Part shown: positions 60,001 to 64,000 of the stretch, piece by piece
Layout: each line of letters starts with the position of its first letter
How positions within the stretch are numbered: the stretch's first letter is position 1
NCBI GenBank assembly: GCA_963924565.1
Contig: OZ004608.1
Span: 7,068,001-7,132,000 of the forward strand
DNA length: 64,000 bases
Direction of reading: 5' to 3'
Origin: Ascidiella aspersa
Taxonomy: Eukaryota
Position numbers and translations under genes: made by a program
The notes under the pieces: model-generated
What the model saw: only the letters and a program-made list of their open reading frames with translations
The model's database searches: none
What the model was told of the DNA's origin: nothing

Positions 60001-63000
60001 ATCAGAGACGGAAAACGAACGCGTTTTTAGCGAAATGTTTCAAATCGAAGCGTAATTGGGAGGTTCCAGGCACGTCTAAACAATTCCGTTGCGCTAATTG
60101 GAGGACGACATTGAAGAACCATAACATTTGGCGTCGAAATGCTAAGCGCTACTCGTACATTCCATCACGATCGTAATTTCAGCACTCGGTAATTGGCGTC
60201 GTTCATCGGAATTATGGCAAACATCCGAAGAAAAATTTCCTTTGTAATAAGAAAAACGTCCAAGTACAGGTTGAATTCCACATCTTGAGTTTCTACATCT
60301 TTTCTTCTTCTTTACGTTTAATGCGGGGTTGGGCAAAATATAATTTTTTAAATGTTCAGTCGACTTTCATCTGAGAAACCCTAATGTGATTTCAAACCTT
60401 ACTCGGAGAACTACGACTACAGGAAACAACTACAGGGGCCTATAGCTGACTTGCAGTCCAAATATGTGCGGGTAAAGCTAAAATCCTAGAACAGCAAAGC
60501 AGTCTTTCCCACGACGCTTAGGGTTTGCTTTTCAACTGGTTGAATGGGGTTCATTTCTTTGTCATGAAAAACCGCAGAAAAGCGAAAGTCTAAGTTCTCT
60601 GTCTAGGGGGGATGTCAACAAAACCAGACAGACGTCAATCAGGAAATCCAAAACTGGTCTTAAGGTCGGTAAAGATGGCCGTTTTTAAATACAGTCCAAC
60701 TCTTTTTTAAGCTTTGTTTTGTTTCTTCTTAACGCCGAAAATTTAAAACTTAGCAACTTAAGAGCCAGCGCACAAAGTGGCTCAGGCTTGAAAATTGCAC
60801 AAAAAATAAGACGAGGTAATCAAATCAAACAGCCTCATATTATGTGGGTCGCAACCCGTTCAAAAAAACACTGGGTTAGTAAATGCAAAAACAAAGGTTT
60901 GTAACCAGTAATCCAACTGTTGTAAAAATGTAGACAGCTATTTTAACTCAAATAAAAATATTCCAAGGCTTAGAAACAGGATTATTTTAAACTTTGGAAT
61001 GACGATTTGAGCTGTACAAAGTATTTAAAGCGGTGAGAACTTCGCGCGTAGTTTGAATTCTGAACAACAAAAAGATGCCACCCCTTCTCAGCAGCATCAG
61101 AACAAAACAAAGCGTCAAGTCCCGCGCGAGTGGGGCCTGGTTTACCCTTAAGGGGGCCCGCCCCCATCCCCTATGGTTTAACTTCAAAGCAAGAGGCCGC
61201 CTATTGATGTCTAGGGTTCGTGGCGAGAGTTTATTTGCATTTCGTGCGACCCTAAAGGCTAAGACAATGGCGATAATGATGTACCCTTCTCCATTCACGC
61301 TCAGTTAAAAGGCCTTGTGTTCGCCGGTGTGACGTAATAGCAGCTTTTATTGTTGTTGTTTTTGTTCAAATTGAGCGGTCGTGCGAATTGAATGTTAGGC
61401 CATAACTTGAACCTGTCTGATCTTTGTTTGGTGCAATGGTTTGCAAAGCGTTTTTTACGACGTCAAACTATTTGAAAAGGTAGGAATATACGTACTATTC
61501 GTTAGTGAATAATCCTACAGCAATATTTAAAACAAAAGTTTAAAATATAAGGTAAAATTACAAGTCTAACTCAATAAAAACAAATACTATATATCAAATC
61601 CAAAGTTTCCCAAACACAAGTCGTATTTTCACGAAAAATATAACCAAAGTATTTAACAGAGATCCAATTAAGAATTATATCACAGACGGTTTGATTGACG
61701 TTAAGTCAAAGGCAAACATACCCAAAGCTCTTTGGTCAAAAGAGAAAACCTTTTTCAATGTCCAGAGCTCGTCCCTGACTTGTCACCCGCTGTCCAGTGC
61801 TAGTGACCCTTTGTAACTGGACACTCTGGGCATTCCGGGTCATTTAAAACCGTCCAGCAGACCACTTTGGCCGCTCTGGCCATCCGGGATCGTTCAAATC
61901 TGCAGCACTGCTTTGTTGTTACAGTGTCGATAGACAGGGGTCACTTAAAACCGTCCGGCTGACCACACTTAGCGGGCAGTTGGGGTCATTTTGACCACTC
62001 GGAAGCGCGAAAACAGCCAAGACATCCTTAACTGACCATTTTGGTAGCCTTTTGATGCAGCTTGGTCATCGGAAATCACCCGTATGTCCACTCTGAGGTC
62101 AGTTTGGTCACCTCGGCCACTTGAAACCACAGAGTTTGAGGCGCTTAACAAGGTGGAAGCGCCGTGTTGACCTCAAGGTCATTATCAGGGGCCGGCGCGT
62201 TGCCTAATTATAGAAATATCAGCAATTACACGGCAGCCGCACCTATATAAGCTCGTATAGTCATTAAATAGGATCTTGCGCCCTATCTTACAGCTGAGCA
62301 GCCAGTGTGGCCAAAATCAAACGATGCCGCCTGTTTATTTATTTTTGCCAGCTTTTATCAGAACAAGATCGTATACGTACGATGCTCAAAAATGACAGCA
62401 ATGTCCAGACAACCTGACCGGGTGTTTTTTTGCTGAAGAAGTTAAAAAAAACTTTGCCGAGAACGCCCCACGGCAAAAAACGTCAATCTAGCTGTGTTGG
62501 TGGGATTTCTTGGTTTCCTGGCGCGCTTTTGGGTGCTTGTTTGTTTGTCCAAGCTTTGTGTTTGTTAAAGTGCCAGCAGTCTACAGTGGCTAAAAGTTGG
62601 TCTTGTCATTTCGAGATTTCTTGTAGTTTTTTGCCGGTTTTTATTCGACATGAAAATGAATATAGTTTCGTGAAAATCTCAAGGTTGTACGCCAAGAGAT
62701 TGAGTAGTTGTCCAGTTGTCCGCTGTACCATTTCGTTCAAAATACTCAATAGATTTGTCTTAAAACGCTAAAAAACATGAAAAAAATCTTTTGACGATTT
62801 TGCGACGACTAACGCCAAACGATAAAATCGATCAGCAACTTAAACGGTGAATCATCACCACCCAATTACTCATCTATTCGCCTGTGTTCTTTTTATCCAA
62901 CGTGGGTCCATATAGAGCTGTACTTTAAGTTCGCGACGTTGATCTATCGTAAGACCAGTACGTTTTATGTTTTGACAGTCTAGCGAGTGTAGTTTGTTCT

Positions 63001-63509
63001 CTGTTGTTGTTTAGTATGAAATTGCGTTTAATTGTGGTACGCCGTTTGCAGTTTAAACAACAACGCTTAATGCTGTGTTTTTTCATTTCAGGTCATTTCC
63101 TGGGCAATGGATCTGTGATCGATTTTCTCGAGAAAGCCGGTTTTGAGATTGAGCATTCTGCCGAAGTAGAACCTTCCTCACCGAGGTAGGCTAATGATAT
63201 ATTTGGTAAAATTTTAAAAGCAGATGTATATAATTAAACTAAGACAAAAAAGGATCGTTTTGAAGCATGCTAACTAAAAGTTCCCACTCATCTTTAACTG
63301 GAGTATAAAATGTTAATCCTTTTTTCTTTAAAGAACTATATTTACTGGTTGTCAGCAAAAGAACTAAAAACCTAACATATTTTCTTTGTGGAATTCAGAA
63401 AACGCAAACGGGCCCAGGACAGACAGCGTAAAGGAAAGTCCCGTCGACGACACCGCAGCAAAGGAAGACAAAACAACAAAAAGTCGAAGAACAAGTTTCG
63501 AAACGAAGG
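35978..63509 (+). CDS. TRABD2: TIKI / TRABD2 metalloprotease gene (TraB/PrgY family), 3' end outside window
   Basis: Exons 35978-36049, 37862-37975, 39754-39964, 40396-40628, 41829-41975, 43705-43888, 63092-63185, 63399-63509 join in frame. The product reads signal peptide + [76 protein letters not shown]. Confidence 0.93.
37862..37975 (+). CDS. TRABD2: TIKI exon 2
   Basis: [30 protein letters not shown]; tttcag acceptor, gtaag donor. Confidence 0.93.
38820..39125 (+). repeat. CA-rich low-complexity tract in TIKI intron
   Basis: Runs of acac/atac. Confidence 0.75.
39754..39964 (+). CDS. TRABD2: TIKI exon 3
   Basis: [16 protein letters not shown]...CQMLP...[13 protein letters not shown]. 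Confidence 0.93.
40396..40628 (+). CDS. TRABD2: TIKI exon 4
   Basis: [30 protein letters not shown]...GVPVLDL...[10 protein letters not shown]. Confidence 0.95.
41829..41975 (+). CDS. TRABD2: TIKI exon 5
   Basis: [14 protein letters not shown]...[16 protein letters not shown]. Confidence 0.93.
43705..43888 (+). CDS. TRABD2: TIKI exon 6
   Basis: IPKLVNG...[20 protein letters not shown]...[11 protein letters not shown]; donor G|GTGAG. Confidence 0.93.
46269..46423 (+). repeat. ~88-bp tandem duplication
   Basis: tata.g..attatagg.ataag.gtatttccgac.aaaagcca.gttaagcggccta occurs twice. Confidence 0.8.
55737..55805. promoter_or_regulatory. Cluster of NR5A/ERR-type extended half-sites
   Basis: TGACCTTGA 55737, TGACCT 55751, TCAAGGTCA 55764, TCAAGGTCG 55786, CCAAGGTTA 55797. 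Confidence 0.5.
63092..63185 (+). CDS. TRABD2: TIKI exon 7
   Basis: [22 protein letters not shown] completes the GAGH motif across a phase-1 intron. Confidence 0.92.
63399..63509 (+). CDS. TRABD2: TIKI exon 8 (polybasic)
   Basis: Phase-2 compatible, ttcag acceptor, gtgag donor; [37 protein letters not shown]. Confidence 0.7.
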
Positions 63510-64000
63510 GTGAGTTGCATTTCTGCAAGCTGTGTTTTTCTTTTTGATAACTATTCTGTTAGTTTTTCAAGTTCTGTGGGTTGTGGAATGCGATACAAAA
63601 AAAAGAATTAAAAAGTATTTATAAAAGCTGTATTACAAGGAAAATATACTGCCTAACTGTCAACTTCTTAAAATTGAGTAGGAGCATGTTTTTTGCGCGA
63701 AACGTACAACAATAGTGTTTAAAAACGCCATGGCAAAGCAGTAGAGGGTTACCTAGTACAAGTAATGTTTGGTCATACCGGCCATTTATCATTTGTCGAC
63801 TAGCCACCACTCGTGTCTCCTCTATTAAGCCCGAATGTTGACTCTGTCGTCTGTGTTTATAAACGGATTAGCGACGCTTTTGTGTCGACTTGAGTCATCC
63901 CGCGATCCCAGCCTAACATCAATAGTGATAATATTCCCGGAATAAAACGCTAAACGGTCGACTTAAAGTTTCTCCGATAATGAAAACGTCACTAACCAGA

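Noticed and set aside
44441-62771. Numerous 60-145 aa ORFs within the large TIKI intron
   Set aside because: No recognisable domains or consistent splice chains; consistent with chance ORFs in GC-richer non-coding blocks.

Overview
AT-rich animal (probably invertebrate) genomic DNA with two main components. (1) A complete, apparently intact 16,624-bp Polinton/Maverick (adintovirus-like endogenous virus) at 7486-24109. It has AGTAGT...ACTACT termini, ~617-bp TIRs and a perfect 6-bp CATATA target-site duplication. Its minus-strand, operon-like block encodes a packaging ATPase, a cupiennin-like precursor, a conserved unknown protein, an integrase-chromodomain, a small membrane protein, penton, a core-like protein, the major capsid protein and an adenain protease. 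The most striking observation is the protein-primed polymerase gene. Manual splice tracing joins 14 small 5' exons (9950-12850) in frame onto the pPolB ORF, and a further intron splits polymerase motif B. The predicted gene has 16 exons and encodes ~1790 aa, including a ~520-aa N-terminal extension with zinc fingers, basic/Ser-rich repeats and QxGxG motifs; several of its introns visibly arose by exon-intron module duplication. An orphan ORF (8537-9187) carries CDK and cyclin-docking motifs and a possible degenerate HUH-like fold. (2) A host TIKI/TRABD2 (TraB-family Wnt-inactivating metalloprotease) gene on the + strand from ~35978 running off the end of the window, with a 19.2-kb intron containing clustered nuclear-receptor-type motifs. 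All family assignments come from motif recognition by eye; no searches were run.
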